NCBI GenBank assembly: GCA_025998875.1
Contig: AP024675.1
Coordinates: 1,273,549 to 1,337,548 of the forward strand
Length of the DNA stretch: 64,000 bases
Direction: 5' to 3'
Source: Bacteroidota bacterium
Lineage (GTDB): Bacteria > Bacteroidota > Rhodothermia > JANXDC01
Both the position numbers and the translations under genes were made by a program. This document shows, one piece after another, positions 30,339 through 40,742 of this stretch. Below the pieces are notes generated by a model. The model did no database searches. It was not told the origin of the DNA and saw only the letters and a list, made by a program, of their open reading frames with translations. Within the stretch, counting starts at the first letter, position 1; each line of letters opens with the position of its first letter.

Positions 30339-31469
30339 ATGCTTGTCGGGGTTCCCAGGGAGATCAAGCCTTACGAGAACCGGGTGGCAATCACCCCGGC
30401 CGGGGTGCATGAATTTCGCAAGCGGGGACATCGGGTGCTCATAGAGGCCGGAGCCGGGCTGGGGAGCGGGTTTACGGATGCCCAGTACCGCGAGGCGGGG
30501 GCGGAAATCCTCGACACCGCCGAGGAGGTCTACGCACGCGCGGAGATGATCCTGAAGGTTAAGGAGCCCATCGAGCCGGAGTACCGGTTGTTGCGAGAAG
30601 ATCAGATCGTCTTCACGTTTTTTCATTTCGCCGCCAGCCGGGAGCTCACCGAGGCCGTTATGCGCTCTCGTTGCGTGGCTATAGCCTATGAGACCGTGCA
30701 ACGGGCCGATGGCTCCCTGCCCCTGCTCATCCCCATGAGCGAGGTGGCCGGGCGTATGTCCATCCAGGAGGGGGCCAAGTACCTGGAGAAGACCCATGGC
30801 GGGAAGGGGATTCTGCTGGGTGGGGTTCCGGGGGTGCGTCCGGCCCATGTGCTCATCCTGGGTGGGGGGGTGGTGGGCTCCAATGCGGCCCGCATTGCCG
30901 CTGGCATGGGAGCGCAGGTGACGATCCTGGATGTGAACCTGTACCGGTTGCGGCAGCTCTCGGAGGTCATGCCGGCCAATGTGATTACGCAGGTCTCCAA
31001 CGAGCATACGATCCGGGAGCTGTTGCCCTCGGTGGATCTGGTCATCGGTGCGGTGCTGATCCCGGGTGCCCGGGCACCCCATCTGATCACGCGCGACATG
31101 CTGGGGCTTATGCGGCCGGGCACGGTGGTCATCGACGTGGCCGTTGATCAGGGCGGCTGCATCGAGACCTGTCATCCGACCACACACGAAAACCCCACCT
31201 ACGTGGTCGATGGGATCGTGCACTACTGCGTGGCCAATATGCCTGGCGCGGTGCCCATGACCTCCACGATCGCGCTCACCAACGCCACCCTTCCCTATGC
31301 CCTCGAACTGGCGGATAAGGGATGGGTGCGGGCGTTGCGGGAGAACCGGGAGCTGCTGGCGGGCGCCAACGTGGTGCACGGGCGGATCGTCTATCCGGGC
31401 GTGGCCGAGGCCTTCGGGCTGCCCCTGTCGGACCTGCAGGAAGTGCTCGGACAGCATTCCATGCTCTGA
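30339..31469 (+). CDS. ald: Alanine dehydrogenase
   Basis: N-terminus [23 protein letters not shown]; NAD-binding GGGVVG; start ATG at 30339, upstream part of track ORF is not protein-like. Confidence 0.85.
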   Translation: MLVGVPREIKPYENRVAITPAGVHEFRKRGHRVLIEAGAGLGSGFTDAQYREAGAEILDTAEEVYARAEMILKVKEPIEPEYRLLREDQIVFTFFHFAASRELTEAVMRSRCVAIAYETVQRADGSLPLLIPMSEVAGRMSIQEGAKYLEKTHGGKGILLGGVPGVRPAHVLILGGGVVGSNAARIAAGMGAQVTILDVNLYRLRQLSEVMPANVITQVSNEHTIRELLPSVDLVIGAVLIPGARAPHLITRDMLGLMRPGTVVIDVAVDQGGCIETCHPTTHENPTYVVDGIVHYCVANMPGAVPMTSTIALTNATLPYALELADKGWVRALRENRELLAGANVVHGRIVYPGVAEAFGLPLSDLQEVLGQHSML

Positions 31470-31915
31470 TGCTGGAAATTTCTGTACTGCTCCTGCCCCA
31501 TGGGGCCCGCTGGGGGCTTCCAGAGTACGCCACCGAGGGCGCAGCCGGTCTGGATCTGCGCGCGGCTATAGAGGAACCCCTGCTGCTGGAGCCCGGCGGA
31601 CGCGCCCTTGTGCCCACCGGGCTCGCCCTGGCCTTGCCCCCCGGCTACGAGGCCCAGGTACGGCCCCGCAGCGGTCTGGCGCTGCGTCATGGGGTGACCG
31701 TACTCAACGCACCGGGCACGATAGATAGCGATTACCGGGGCGAGGTGCAGGTGATCCTCATCAACCTGGGGAAAGAACCCTTTCTGATACAACCCGGCGA
31801 GCGCATCGCCCAGCTCATCATCGCCCGTTATGAACGCATCCGATGGCGGTTGGTGCCGGAATTGGAAGCCACCCGGCGCGCTGCGGGCGGTTTTGGGCAC
31901 ACGGGCCGTCTGTAG
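31469..31915 (+). CDS. dut: dUTP diphosphatase
   Basis: dUTPase motifs [20 protein letters not shown]; start ATG 31469 overlaps ald stop. Confidence 0.85.
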   Translation: MLEISVLLLPHGARWGLPEYATEGAAGLDLRAAIEEPLLLEPGGRALVPTGLALALPPGYEAQVRPRSGLALRHGVTVLNAPGTIDSDYRGEVQVILINLGKEPFLIQPGERIAQLIIARYERIRWRLVPELEATRRAAGGFGHTGRL

Positions 31916-32036
31916 CCTGTCCGTAACCGCTTCTTTACAACCCCATCGAACTTTTTGCTGTCGCTTTGCGTCTATAGAGGCGAGTTTTCCGGGGATCAAA
32001 GGATAATTCCCAGAAGCACAAAAAGGGGAAAGTGAC

Positions 32037-34934
32037 ATGCGGTATGTGCGGTTATTGTGGGTAGCGGGTCTGTTGATGGGCTACGCGTTGGGCGCAGAGG
32101 CCCAGGATCGAGCTATTCTCGTCAGCGGACGCGTCATCGACGCCAAAGAGCGTATTGCGCTCCCCGGTGCGAACGTGGTGCTGCGCGCCCTTCCGGATAC
32201 GACCCGGATGTTCGGCGTGGCTGCCGATATGCAGGGGAATTTCGCCGTCCGGCTTCCGGCTCCGGGCCGGTACCGACTCTATATCTCCTTTGTGGGCTAT
32301 AAGCCCCTGCAGCGCGAGCTCAATGTGACCGCTGCGGTGAATCTGGGCACGCTGGCTCTGGAGCCGGCGCCGCTTACGGCCGGAGAGGTCACCGTCGAGG
32401 CCGTGCAGGAGCGGGCCGTGGTCAAGGGAGACACGATCCAGTTCAATGCGGCGGCCTTTAAGGTCACGCAGGACGCCACGGCGGAGGATCTGGTCAAAAA
32501 GCTGCCCGGGGTTACGATCGAGAACGGGCAGGTGCAGGCGCAGGGGGAAACCGTGCGCCGGGTGCTCGTTGATGGCCGGGAATTTTTCGGCCAGGATCCT
32601 ATGGCCGTACTGCGCAACCTGCCAGCGGAAGTCGTGCAGAACATTCAGGTCTTTGATCGACTCAGCGAGCAGGCTCAGTTTACGGGTTTCAATGATGGCA
32701 ACACGGAGCGGACGATCAATATCATCACGCGCCCGGATCGCCGTTTTGGTCAGTTCGGTCGCCTTTATGCCGGCTACGGCTCCGATTCCCGCTACATGAG
32801 CGGGGGCTCGGTGAACGTCTTCGCCGGCAACCGGCGTATCTCTCTCATCGGGCTGGGCAACAACGTCAACCAGCAAAACTTCGCCATCGAGGACATTCTG
32901 GGTGCCCTGGGCTCCTCCGGCGGAGGGGGCATGTTTCGCATGTTCGGCGCCTTCGGAGGACCTGGAGGGGGGCCCAGGGGAGGCGGCGGAGGAGGACAGG
33001 GCGGGATGTTCTTCGGAGGAGGTGGCCCCGGCGGGGGCGGAGACATGTTCCGCAACGTGGGCAATTTCCTCGTCGGAGAGCAGCCCGGCCTGAATACGAC
33101 CCACTCCGTGGGGATCAACTATTCCGATGTGCTCAACAACGGGAAAATTCAGCTAACGGGAAGCTACTTCTTCAACCGGCTGGGCAATCAGGCCGAGACG
33201 TACACAAACCGGCAGTACTTCTCCGACATAGCGGCTTTCCAGCAACGCTATGAGGAGGTGAACCGCAATCAGAGCACGAACTACAACCATCGCCTCAACC
33301 TCCGCATGGAGTATACGATCGATCCGAACAACAGCCTGCTCATCACCCCCCGGATCAGCTTCCAGGATAACGGCACGCGCAACACGCTGCGGGGTATTAC
33401 GCTTCTGCCCTCCGGGCAGTCCTTGAGCCAGACCTCCAATGCCTATACATCGGACCTGTTTGGCTACAACGGCAGCGTGGAGGCGCTCTACCGGCGCCGG
33501 TTCGCCGTACAAGGCCGCACCTTCTCTGTGCGTCTGAACACGGGTTTTAATAACCGCTCTCAGGAGAGTGAGCAGAATTCGGTCAATGTTTTCTTCCGCA
33601 ACGGTCCCCTGGGACCGATCGAGATCGATTCTACCTTCAGCCAGCACGTCCAGGATCGGCGTCCTGGCTACAGCGTGGATCTGGACATCAGCTACACGGA
33701 GCCCGTAGGTCGGTACGGACAGCTGCAGCTGGAATACGAGCCCACCTTCGAGCGCAGATGGGCGGACAAGCAGACCAGCCAGCTGGATCCGAGTACGGGG
33801 CTACTGGGCGATCCCATCCCCGCGCTCTCCAGCCAGTTTGACAACACGATCCTCACCCAGCAGGGGGTGCTCAGCTACCAGTATCGGAGGCAGGCTACAC
33901 GCCTGACCCTGCGTCTGACGTATCAGCACCGCCGCATGATGGGGGATCAGACCTATCCCTACGCCGTGCGGGTGGATCGGTCCTTTAACACGCTGCTGCC
34001 CTTTGCGGAATTCGAGTATCGTCTGGGCCCGACGCAGAATCTGCGCTTTACGTACCGCACCTGGTCGAGCCTGCCCTCCATTAACCAGCTGCAGCCTGTG
34101 GTGGATAACTCCAATCCCCTCTTTCTCTCCAGCGGCAATCCGGATCTGGAGCCCAGCTATAACCACATAGGCCTAATCCGGTATCAGGCGACCGATCCGC
34201 TGGGAGGACGCTTCTTCCTGGCCGTCCTGAACGTGAACTACGGGTTCAACTACGTGACCAATGCCACGATCCTGGCCCGGCGGGATACTCTGTTGCCCAA
34301 CGGGGTCCTGTTGCCGCGCGGGGCGCAGTACTCCTATCCCACAAACCTGGACGGCAACCGGGGTGCGCGTCTTTTCCTGGTGCACAGCCGGCCTTTGGGC
34401 CTGCTCAGAACAAACATGAACCTGCTTGCGGGGCTCAACTACACCCGTACCCCCGGGCTGATCTCCGGGCTTCGCACCTGGTCTGATCTCTATGGGCTCA
34501 ACAGCGGACTGGGACTTACGAGCAACATCAGCGAACGGGTGGACTTCAACCTCATGTACAACTTCAACCTCAACCAGGTGCGCACCTCCACAGGTGCGGG
34601 GGACAGCCGCTATCAGCTCCATCGCGTTTCGGCAAACGTGAACCTGCAACCGTGGGGCCGGTTTGTGTTCAGCTCCCAGTTCGCCTATAGCCAGTATCGG
34701 GGGCTCGGGGGGGAGCTCGACAAGCCCGTATTGCTCTGGAACGCCGCGCTGGGGGTGAAATTCCTCAAGGACAACGCCGGCGAGCTGCGCATCGGGCTGG
34801 CCGATATCCTCAATCAGAATAAAAACATCAACCGTAACGTGACCGAGCAGTACATCCAGGACGTGCGCACCCAGGCGCTGGGCCGATATCTCATGTTCAG
34901 CTTCTCCTACCGGTTGCGCAACTTCCGGGTATAG
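32037..34934 (+). CDS. Outer-membrane beta-barrel protein with N-terminal carboxypeptidase-regulatory-like domain (TonB-dependent-receptor-like)
   Basis: Signal peptide; CarbopepD_reg-like N-terminus; plug-like segment; long beta-barrel with terminal aromatic residue; internal Gly-rich MF repeat. Confidence 0.65.
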   Translation: MRYVRLLWVAGLLMGYALGAEAQDRAILVSGRVIDAKERIALPGANVVLRALPDTTRMFGVAADMQGNFAVRLPAPGRYRLYISFVGYKPLQRELNVTAAVNLGTLALEPAPLTAGEVTVEAVQERAVVKGDTIQFNAAAFKVTQDATAEDLVKKLPGVTIENGQVQAQGETVRRVLVDGREFFGQDPMAVLRNLPAEVVQNIQVFDRLSEQAQFTGFNDGNTERTINIITRPDRRFGQFGRLYAGYGSDSRYMSGGSVNVFAGNRRISLIGLGNNVNQQNFAIEDILGALGSSGGGGMFRMFGAFGGPGGGPRGGGGGGQGGMFFGGGGPGGGGDMFRNVGNFLVGEQPGLNTTHSVGINYSDVLNNGKIQLTGSYFFNRLGNQAETYTNRQYFSDIAAFQQRYEEVNRNQSTNYNHRLNLRMEYTIDPNNSLLITPRISFQDNGTRNTLRGITLLPSGQSLSQTSNAYTSDLFGYNGSVEALYRRRFAVQGRTFSVRLNTGFNNRSQESEQNSVNVFFRNGPLGPIEIDSTFSQHVQDRRPGYSVDLDISYTEPVGRYGQLQLEYEPTFERRWADKQTSQLDPSTGLLGDPIPALSSQFDNTILTQQGVLSYQYRRQATRLTLRLTYQHRRMMGDQTYPYAVRVDRSFNTLLPFAEFEYRLGPTQNLRFTYRTWSSLPSINQLQPVVDNSNPLFLSSGNPDLEPSYNHIGLIRYQATDPLGGRFFLAVLNVNYGFNYVTNATILARRDTLLPNGVLLPRGAQYSYPTNLDGNRGARLFLVHSRPLGLLRTNMNLLAGLNYTRTPGLISGLRTWSDLYGLNSGLGLTSNISERVDFNLMYNFNLNQVRTSTGAGDSRYQLHRVSANVNLQPWGRFVFSSQFAYSQYRGLGGELDKPVLLWNAALGVKFLKDNAGELRIGLADILNQNKNINRNVTEQYIQDVRTQALGRYLMFSFSYRLRNFRV

Positions 34935-34957
34935 CTCGGCCGCTTTTCTCACCCCCC

Positions 34958-34992
34958 GGAGCCGGACCTGGGAACAGGTCCGGCTCTTTTTT
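34958..34992 (+). terminator. Rho-independent terminator downstream of outer-membrane protein gene
   Basis: Perfect 10-bp stem GAGCCGGACC / GGTCCGGCTC with 8-nt loop followed by TTTTTT. Confidence 0.75.
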
Positions 34993-35064
34993 GGTCGGTT
35001 CATGCCTCCGCTTGCCCGAGTGCGGGCGGGGATGCTTTTTTGGTGGGCGTAAGAAGGCAGGAGG

Positions 35065-35871
35065 ATGCGTATGCATACCCGTTGGGTGGGGGGAGTGTTG
35101 ATCGGCCTCCTCGGCATAAGCCCCGCCTCTTTATGGGGGCAATCGGAAGATATGCCGTTCGGCCGTCCGCTATTGCGGCCGCAGGTTTCCTGGGTTTCGG
35201 CCTCGCGTTCCCCCTGGGAGGGGTCCCTGCAGATCATCCTGTTGCGCGGGGGCCCTCGCACGGATGTAGAGCAGGCCCTTATTGCGCAGGGATACGGAGA
35301 TCTGGACGAGGAGGCTCCCTACGTGGGGGGGCTGGAACATCCCCGATCCGATGGGGGCGATTACCTGTCCGTGCAGCTGCGCATGCAGCGCCAGCTGGCC
35401 GAGTCGCTCTCCGGGGGATTGCTTCTGGGGCTGAGCACAAAAGGGATGACCAACGGCTACGACCGGCCTACGCGTGTCACGGCCGATGTGGGCTACCGGA
35501 CCTACTGGATAAGCCCGATCCTGGCCTATCGGATGTTGCCCTATGTGGACGTTTTCGTGGGGCCGTCTGTGTTGCTGGCGCAACTGGAGGCGCGTCTGGG
35601 CCGGGCTACGCTGCTGGATTACGTGCGCGCTGTCGTCTACCGTCCCGTGCCTGGATTTACGATGGGCCTCCGGTTGTTTTCCTTCAGTGAGACGGGGCTG
35701 TTTCTGGAGCTGACGGCCCAGTATCGATACGGGGCGTTTATGCGCTCTCCGAATCTCGAGCTGAGCTTCGAGAATCCGGATACACAGCAGCCCGTCACCC
35801 AGCGCCTGAGCCCTTTTAATCTGGGCTTTCGGTACCTGAGTGCGGGTATCGGGTTGGGCTATCGATTCTGA
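35065..35871 (+). CDS. Predicted outer-membrane beta-barrel protein, unknown function
   Basis: Signal peptide; alternating hydrophobic pattern; C-terminal aromatic (…GLGYRF). Confidence 0.5.
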   Translation: MRMHTRWVGGVLIGLLGISPASLWGQSEDMPFGRPLLRPQVSWVSASRSPWEGSLQIILLRGGPRTDVEQALIAQGYGDLDEEAPYVGGLEHPRSDGGDYLSVQLRMQRQLAESLSGGLLLGLSTKGMTNGYDRPTRVTADVGYRTYWISPILAYRMLPYVDVFVGPSVLLAQLEARLGRATLLDYVRAVVYRPVPGFTMGLRLFSFSETGLFLELTAQYRYGAFMRSPNLELSFENPDTQQPVTQRLSPFNLGFRYLSAGIGLGYRF

Positions 35872-36842
35872 AGCGCAGCCTCATAGAGCCTATCCGCGGC
35901 GGCTTGCAGTTCAGCGCTGGCTTCCAGGCCCGAGATCCAGGCTTCCGGGAACCCCCCCTGCCCGTGCAGAGCCCCGCAGAGGGAGCCGATGAGCGCGCCT
36001 ACCGTGTCCGTATCACCCCCTGTGTTAATACCCGACAGCAGGGCGGTTTCTGGCTGATGGAAAACACGGCCAAAGAGCACCAGGGCGAATGGACCCAGCT
36101 GATGAGCTTTGCCTCTCAGCCCGCCGAGCCGTTCGGCCAGCTCCAGCGGAATTTCGTGGTGTACAGCCCAGAGTGCGCGCGTCCGCGCGATCAGAAAGGC
36201 AGCCTCCGGATACGGGCAGACGAATAGCAGGGTCCGGCCCAGCTCATCCATCCATGTGTGGGGATCGAAGGTATCCGGATCGGATCGGGCCAGCTCCCGT
36301 ATAGCCCAGGCGTGCAGGAAGGCCCCCGCGATCGCCTTGGGGTGGGCGTGCGTGACGCGTGTGAGGCTTTCTGCCTCCCTCCAGGCCTGCTCAGGCGCTG
36401 TATCCCGGGCCGCCCACCAGAGCCCCAGAGGAGCTACGCGCATGAGCGCCCCGGCCGTATCCGCACACGGATCTCCGCTCTCTTTCGGATCCCAGCCCGC
36501 TTCCAGCCGCAGCACAGCCTCCCGGCTGTATCGTCCCCAACGTCGCGCACCGGAACGATACATGCGCACCAGCGCCCGCGCGAAAGCCTGTGGCTCTGCC
36601 CCGCCCGCCTCACAGAGCGATTCCAGCAGGGCCAGCATCTGTTGGGTATCGTCCGTCCATTGGCCGGCCTTCAAACCCTCCAGATCGAAGTGATCGTCTT
36701 CATAGGTGCGGATGCCGCGGTAGTAGGTGCGGATCTGCAGATGACTCCGCCCCTCGGCGGGCATGCCCAGAGCATCTCCGATGGCGGTTCCCAGCACAGC
36801 TCCCCGGAAGCGGTCCTGAAGAACAGGTGCGCGATCTCGCAT
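35859..36842 (-). CDS. ADP-ribosylglycohydrolase family protein
   Basis: GAVLGTAIGDALG and GQWTDDTQ motifs. Confidence 0.8.
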   Translation of the reverse strand: MRDRAPVLQDRFRGAVLGTAIGDALGMPAEGRSHLQIRTYYRGIRTYEDDHFDLEGLKAGQWTDDTQQMLALLESLCEAGGAEPQAFARALVRMYRSGARRWGRYSREAVLRLEAGWDPKESGDPCADTAGALMRVAPLGLWWAARDTAPEQAWREAESLTRVTHAHPKAIAGAFLHAWAIRELARSDPDTFDPHTWMDELGRTLLFVCPYPEAAFLIARTRALWAVHHEIPLELAERLGGLRGKAHQLGPFALVLFGRVFHQPETALLSGINTGGDTDTVGALIGSLCGALHGQGGFPEAWISGLEASAELQAAADRLYEAALQNR

Positions 36843-36845
36843 GGG

Positions 36846-37730
36846 TTATGATGCCTGCGAATGCGGAGAGGGAGATTGGGGTGGAAGGGCCGTCAGCCGA
36901 TCGATGGCCTCAAAATCGCGTTCCGTTTTGCGGACCCGACAGAGCACGACCTCCGGATCATGCTCCAGAAACAGCCACCAGCCCTCCTCGGCAGCCTGTT
37001 CCAGAAGCAAGGTTTTTTCCTCCATCGTGGTCTGCGCGCACATGTCGTAGGCCATAATCCAGGGCAGGCCTATGTGATGGACGGTCGGCAGCAGATCGGC
37101 CGCGTACAGCAAGGTATGGTTGCCGTCGGAGACCTTGAGGAGTTGCTGGCCACGGGTGTGCCCGTTGACAACCCGGGTGGCGATTCCGGGCAACACCTCC
37201 ACGTTGCCGTCCAGGAACTCAAGTTGCCCGTGCTCCAGCAGAGGGAGGAAGTTTTCCGGCAGAAAACTTGCGCGCTCCCGGGGGTTTGGCGCTATGGCCG
37301 CCTCCCATTGCGAACGCTGCACGTAGTAGGTAGCCCTGGGAAAAGTGGGCACCGCCCTTCCCGCCTCGGCCCAGCGTGTTGCCCCTCCTGCGTGATCGAA
37401 GTGCAGGTGGGTCAGAAAAACGTCCGTTACGTCTTCCGGACGCAGACCGAGGGCTTCCAGACCCCGCTCCAGGGTTTGCTCTCGCTGGTCGATGGCGTAC
37501 ATATCGGCGAATTTCTCCGAGTATTTGGTCCCGATGCCCACATCGACCAGCACCACGTGCCCGTTGCCGATCAAGAGCAGGCAACGCGTGCCTAGCAGGA
37601 TCCGGTTGCGTTCGTCCGGAGGGGCACGCCGCTCCCAGAGCACCCGGGGTACGACCCCGAACATGGCTCCTCCATCGAGCCGAAACCAGCCGGCCTGCAG
37701 GGCATACACCGTATAGGGTCCGATACGCAT
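36846..37730 (-). CDS. MBL-fold metallo-hydrolase
   Basis: HLHFDHAGG metal-binding motif. Confidence 0.8.
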   Translation of the reverse strand: MRIGPYTVYALQAGWFRLDGGAMFGVVPRVLWERRAPPDERNRILLGTRCLLLIGNGHVVLVDVGIGTKYSEKFADMYAIDQREQTLERGLEALGLRPEDVTDVFLTHLHFDHAGGATRWAEAGRAVPTFPRATYYVQRSQWEAAIAPNPRERASFLPENFLPLLEHGQLEFLDGNVEVLPGIATRVVNGHTRGQQLLKVSDGNHTLLYAADLLPTVHHIGLPWIMAYDMCAQTTMEEKTLLLEQAAEEGWWLFLEHDPEVVLCRVRKTERDFEAIDRLTALPPQSPSPHSQAS

Positions 37731-37731
37731 C

Positions 37732-38343
37732 CTACGTTATCCGTCCATTTCCCTGAATGCGACGTTGCAGCAGGGCCGTGCCCACCTGCCGGTGCAGATG
37801 TTCCACCAGGACCGAGAGGCGGGCGTTTTCGGAACGCACCTCCAGAAGCTCCTGTCCCTGCTCCAGGCTCAGCTCCCCGTGCGCGGCTAGGAAAAAAGAA
37901 ACGCGCCGGTAGCGGTTGTAATTGGCTAAATCGGGACGTTTGCCGATGGTTTCGATGAGCTTGATATGCAGGGCAATGGCCCGCTCCCGGAGCGGTTCAT
38001 CGAGGGGTTCCAGTTCGATGTCGTCGAAGAAGCGAACGGTGGCCTCCAGATAAGGGGCTTCCCGGAACGTCTCCAGGATCTCAAAGCGTCGCTCTCCATA
38101 GAGCAGCACGTCCATCCGTCCATCCGGATAGGCGCGCACCAGGCGCACGATACGCGCCGAACACCCTACAGAGGCCAGTTCGCCTTCTGAACGCTGCCAG
38201 ACCACCCCAAGAGGGCGCGCCTCTTCCAGACAAGCCCGTACCAACAGGCGATTGGGGTACTCGGATACGTGCACCGGAAGGGTGGTCTCCGGATACAGGA
38301 TAGCAGGGAGGGGAAAGAGCAACAATCGCGTGTCGCTAGCCAT
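37732..38343 (-). CDS. LON N-terminal (substrate-binding) domain protein
   Basis: LLLFPLPAILYPETTLPVHVSEYPNRLL pattern typical of Lon N-domain. Confidence 0.6.
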   Translation of the reverse strand: MASDTRLLLFPLPAILYPETTLPVHVSEYPNRLLVRACLEEARPLGVVWQRSEGELASVGCSARIVRLVRAYPDGRMDVLLYGERRFEILETFREAPYLEATVRFFDDIELEPLDEPLRERAIALHIKLIETIGKRPDLANYNRYRRVSFFLAAHGELSLEQGQELLEVRSENARLSVLVEHLHRQVGTALLQRRIQGNGRIT

Positions 38344-38502
38344 GCCGGTTACGTGCGCCAGGGCGCGCCAACGAATATATGCGTTCGTGCTTTTCTGTCG
38401 CCAACGGGGGTCGGGAAAAAGTTGCCTGCAGGAATGCCCCTGAAGGGAAAAAAGCGGTGCTCGAAAGCGGCCTTAGAGGCTGCTCTGCGACCCCAGAGCG
38501 CC

Positions 38503-38517
38503 TGGCAAGGCCTTTGT
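38503..38517 (+). promoter_or_regulatory. Candidate sigma-54 (-24/-12) promoter upstream of flgF
   Basis: TGGCAAGGCCTTTGT versus consensus TGGCACG-N4-TTGCW, with GG and TTG correctly spaced, about 35 nt upstream of flgF start; a GAFTGA-type activator is encoded at the operon end. Confidence 0.3.
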
Positions 38518-38551
38518 CTGAGGTTCCCGAGCGGATCCGGAGAAGGCCTCT

Positions 38552-39277
38552 ATGCTTGATCGCATTCGCAACGCCACGCAGGCCATGAGCCTGCTTATGC
38601 GCCGCCAGGAGCACCTGGCCCATCAGCTGGCCAATCTGCAGACAGCCGGATACAAGCGGGATCGCCTCTTCCAGGAGCTGCTCGACGAGACCCTGGTGGA
38701 GGATCTGACCTATCAGAGCGAAATCCGCGTGGGCCAGTGGCTGGAGATGGCGCAGGGGCTTCTGGAACATACCGGAGGCATGCTGGACCTGGCCCTCGAG
38801 GGGCCCGGATGGTTTGTGCTCGAGCAGGGCGGAGAGCGCTTCTACACACGCGATGGTCGGTTCTCTATAGATGCATCTGGATTTCTGCGCACCATCTCGG
38901 GCGCCTTCGTGCTCGGTCAGGCGGGGCCGATCCGAATTCCGGAGGCCGATCAGAGGGCCGGGCTGCGCATCGACCCGGACGGGAGTCTGTGGTCGGGTGA
39001 GCGTATGCTGGACCGGATTCAGGTGGTTCGGTTCTCTCGCCCGGATCGGCTGCAGAAGGTGGGAGCTTCCCTGTTGCGCGCCCCTGAGGATATGCCTCCG
39101 GAGTCCGATCGGCAGAGCGTGTTGCGCCAGGGATATCTGGAGCGCTCCAATGTGGATCCGTTGCGCGTGATGACCGAGCTCATCGCCGTTCATCGGCTTT
39201 TTGAGTTTCAGCAACGCGCGCTCATGAACACAGACGGATTACTCTCCCGCGTCGCCACGGAAATGGCCAGACTCTAA
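38552..39277 (+). CDS. flgF: Flagellar basal-body rod protein FlgF
   Basis: N-terminal rod motif NLANLQTAGYK; C-terminal LERSNVD. Confidence 0.8.
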   Translation: MLDRIRNATQAMSLLMRRQEHLAHQLANLQTAGYKRDRLFQELLDETLVEDLTYQSEIRVGQWLEMAQGLLEHTGGMLDLALEGPGWFVLEQGGERFYTRDGRFSIDASGFLRTISGAFVLGQAGPIRIPEADQRAGLRIDPDGSLWSGERMLDRIQVVRFSRPDRLQKVGASLLRAPEDMPPESDRQSVLRQGYLERSNVDPLRVMTELIAVHRLFEFQQRALMNTDGLLSRVATEMARL

Positions 39278-39297
39278 GAGGAGGAGCACGAACGAAG

Positions 39298-40083
39298 ATG
39301 TTGCGAGCTCTTTATACCGCCGCCCTGGGTATGCGCGCTCAGCAGCTGGGCGTCGACACGATCGCACACAACCTGGCTAACGCCAATACGACCGCCTTTA
39401 AGCGCGCACGCATGGAATTTCAGGACCTGTTCTATCAGCTTGTGCCCGTGGTGCCGGAACAGCGCGACCAGCGCACTCCCCCGGCCGCCCTGGAGCTGGG
39501 ACATGGCGTGCAGGCCGTGGCCACCGCGCGCAGCTTCCTGCAGGGAAGCCTGCTCGAGACGGGCAACCCGCTGGACCTGGCCCTCATGGGCGACGGCTTC
39601 TTCCAGATCGAACGGCCCGATGGAACCATCGTCTATACCCGGGATGGATCCTTTACGCTCAATGAGAACGGGGAGATCGTAACCTCAACCGGCTTGCCCC
39701 TGGCCGGCCGCTTCACCATTCCTCCGGAGGCCGACTCCGTTACGATCGGCGCCGACGGCGTGATCCTGGTCACCCTGCATGGGCAGAGTCAGTCGATCCA
39801 GGTCGGCCAGATCGAACTGGCCCGCTTTATCAACCCGGAGGGGCTCCGGCCCATCGGGGGCAACCTTTATGAGGCCACCCCGAGCTCTGGAGAGCCCATA
39901 CTGGGTGTTCCGGGAGCCGATGGGCTGGGTACCATCAAGCAGGGTTTCCTGGAACAGTCCAACGTGGATGTGGTCCAGGAGATGGTCAACCTCATCGTGG
40001 CTCAGCGGGCCTATGAAATCAACACGAAAATGGTCCAAACGACCGATGAGCTCTGGTCCATGACCAACAACATCAAACGATGA
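39298..40083 (+). CDS. flgG: Flagellar basal-body rod protein FlgG
   Basis: HNLANANTTAFK N-terminus; C-terminal LEQSNVD...AQRAYE. Confidence 0.85.
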   Translation: MLRALYTAALGMRAQQLGVDTIAHNLANANTTAFKRARMEFQDLFYQLVPVVPEQRDQRTPPAALELGHGVQAVATARSFLQGSLLETGNPLDLALMGDGFFQIERPDGTIVYTRDGSFTLNENGEIVTSTGLPLAGRFTIPPEADSVTIGADGVILVTLHGQSQSIQVGQIELARFINPEGLRPIGGNLYEATPSSGEPILGVPGADGLGTIKQGFLEQSNVDVVQEMVNLIVAQRAYEINTKMVQTTDELWSMTNNIKR

Positions 40084-40742
40084 GGCTCCTGCTAACTATA
40101 GGATGGCTGCTGGCCTCAGGCGGGCCGGATCCGGGGGCGATACAGAAGGCCGTTGAAGAGGTCCTGGGGCGGCGTTTTGCCGATCGCCTCCCGTACTGGA
40201 AGGTGGAACTGCGCCGGATCCCGGCCTGGCCAGAGGAGAGGGCTTTCCGGATCGAATATACCGACCCCCATCCCCCCCGGGGGCTTGCGCTCTGCTGGAT
40301 GGTGGATGCTCAGGGCGCGCTTCGACGTCCGGTGAGCATCTATGTCGCCCATTTCGATACGGTCTGGACCCTCACGCGCGCCCTCAGGGCCGGAGAGGCG
40401 ATCGGGCCCGATGCCGTGCGGCCGCGCTGGATGGAGGTGACGCATCTCGGCGCGTCTTACGTGCGCCGCCCAGAACAGTGGCGCAATATGCGGACGCGTC
40501 TTCCCCTGCGGGCCGGGGCCGTGCTCCTGGTGCATCAGCTCGAGCCTCAGCCCGTTCTCCGTCCTGGAGAGGCTGTCACCCTGCTGGTGCGACGCGACGG
40601 ATTCGAGCTCGCTCTGCCTGCCATAACGCGGGGCGGTGGACCGGTGGGGACGATCATCCGGGTTTATGCTCCGGATACACGTCGGGTATACGAGGCGGAA
40701 ATCCTTGATTCGAGGACCGTGCTATGGAGGCGTACCCTGTAG
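40080..40742 (+). CDS. flgA: Flagellar P-ring assembly chaperone FlgA-like
   Basis: Signal peptide; size and position between flgG and flgH; ATGA overlap. Confidence 0.55.
   Translation: MRLLLTIGWLLASGGPDPGAIQKAVEEVLGRRFADRLPYWKVELRRIPAWPEERAFRIEYTDPHPPRGLALCWMVDAQGALRRPVSIYVAHFDTVWTLTRALRAGEAIGPDAVRPRWMEVTHLGASYVRRPEQWRNMRTRLPLRAGAVLLVHQLEPQPVLRPGEAVTLLVRRDGFELALPAITRGGGPVGTIIRVYAPDTRRVYEAEILDSRTVLWRRTL

Noticed and set aside
28811-31457. Minus-strand ORFs of 397 and 402 aa
   Set aside because: Antisense to POT transporter and alanine dehydrogenase, both with diagnostic motifs
32052-33104. 350-aa minus-strand ORF
   Set aside because: Antisense to the outer-membrane barrel gene; poly-Pro/Gly translation arises from the Gly-rich repeat on the coding strand
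34173-35261. 362-aa minus-strand ORF spanning a gene end and an intergenic terminator
   Set aside because: Runs through a convincing plus-strand terminator hairpin and two plus-strand genes; composition not protein-like
38336-39214. 292-aa minus-strand ORF
   Set aside because: Antisense to flgF, which has canonical rod-protein motifs
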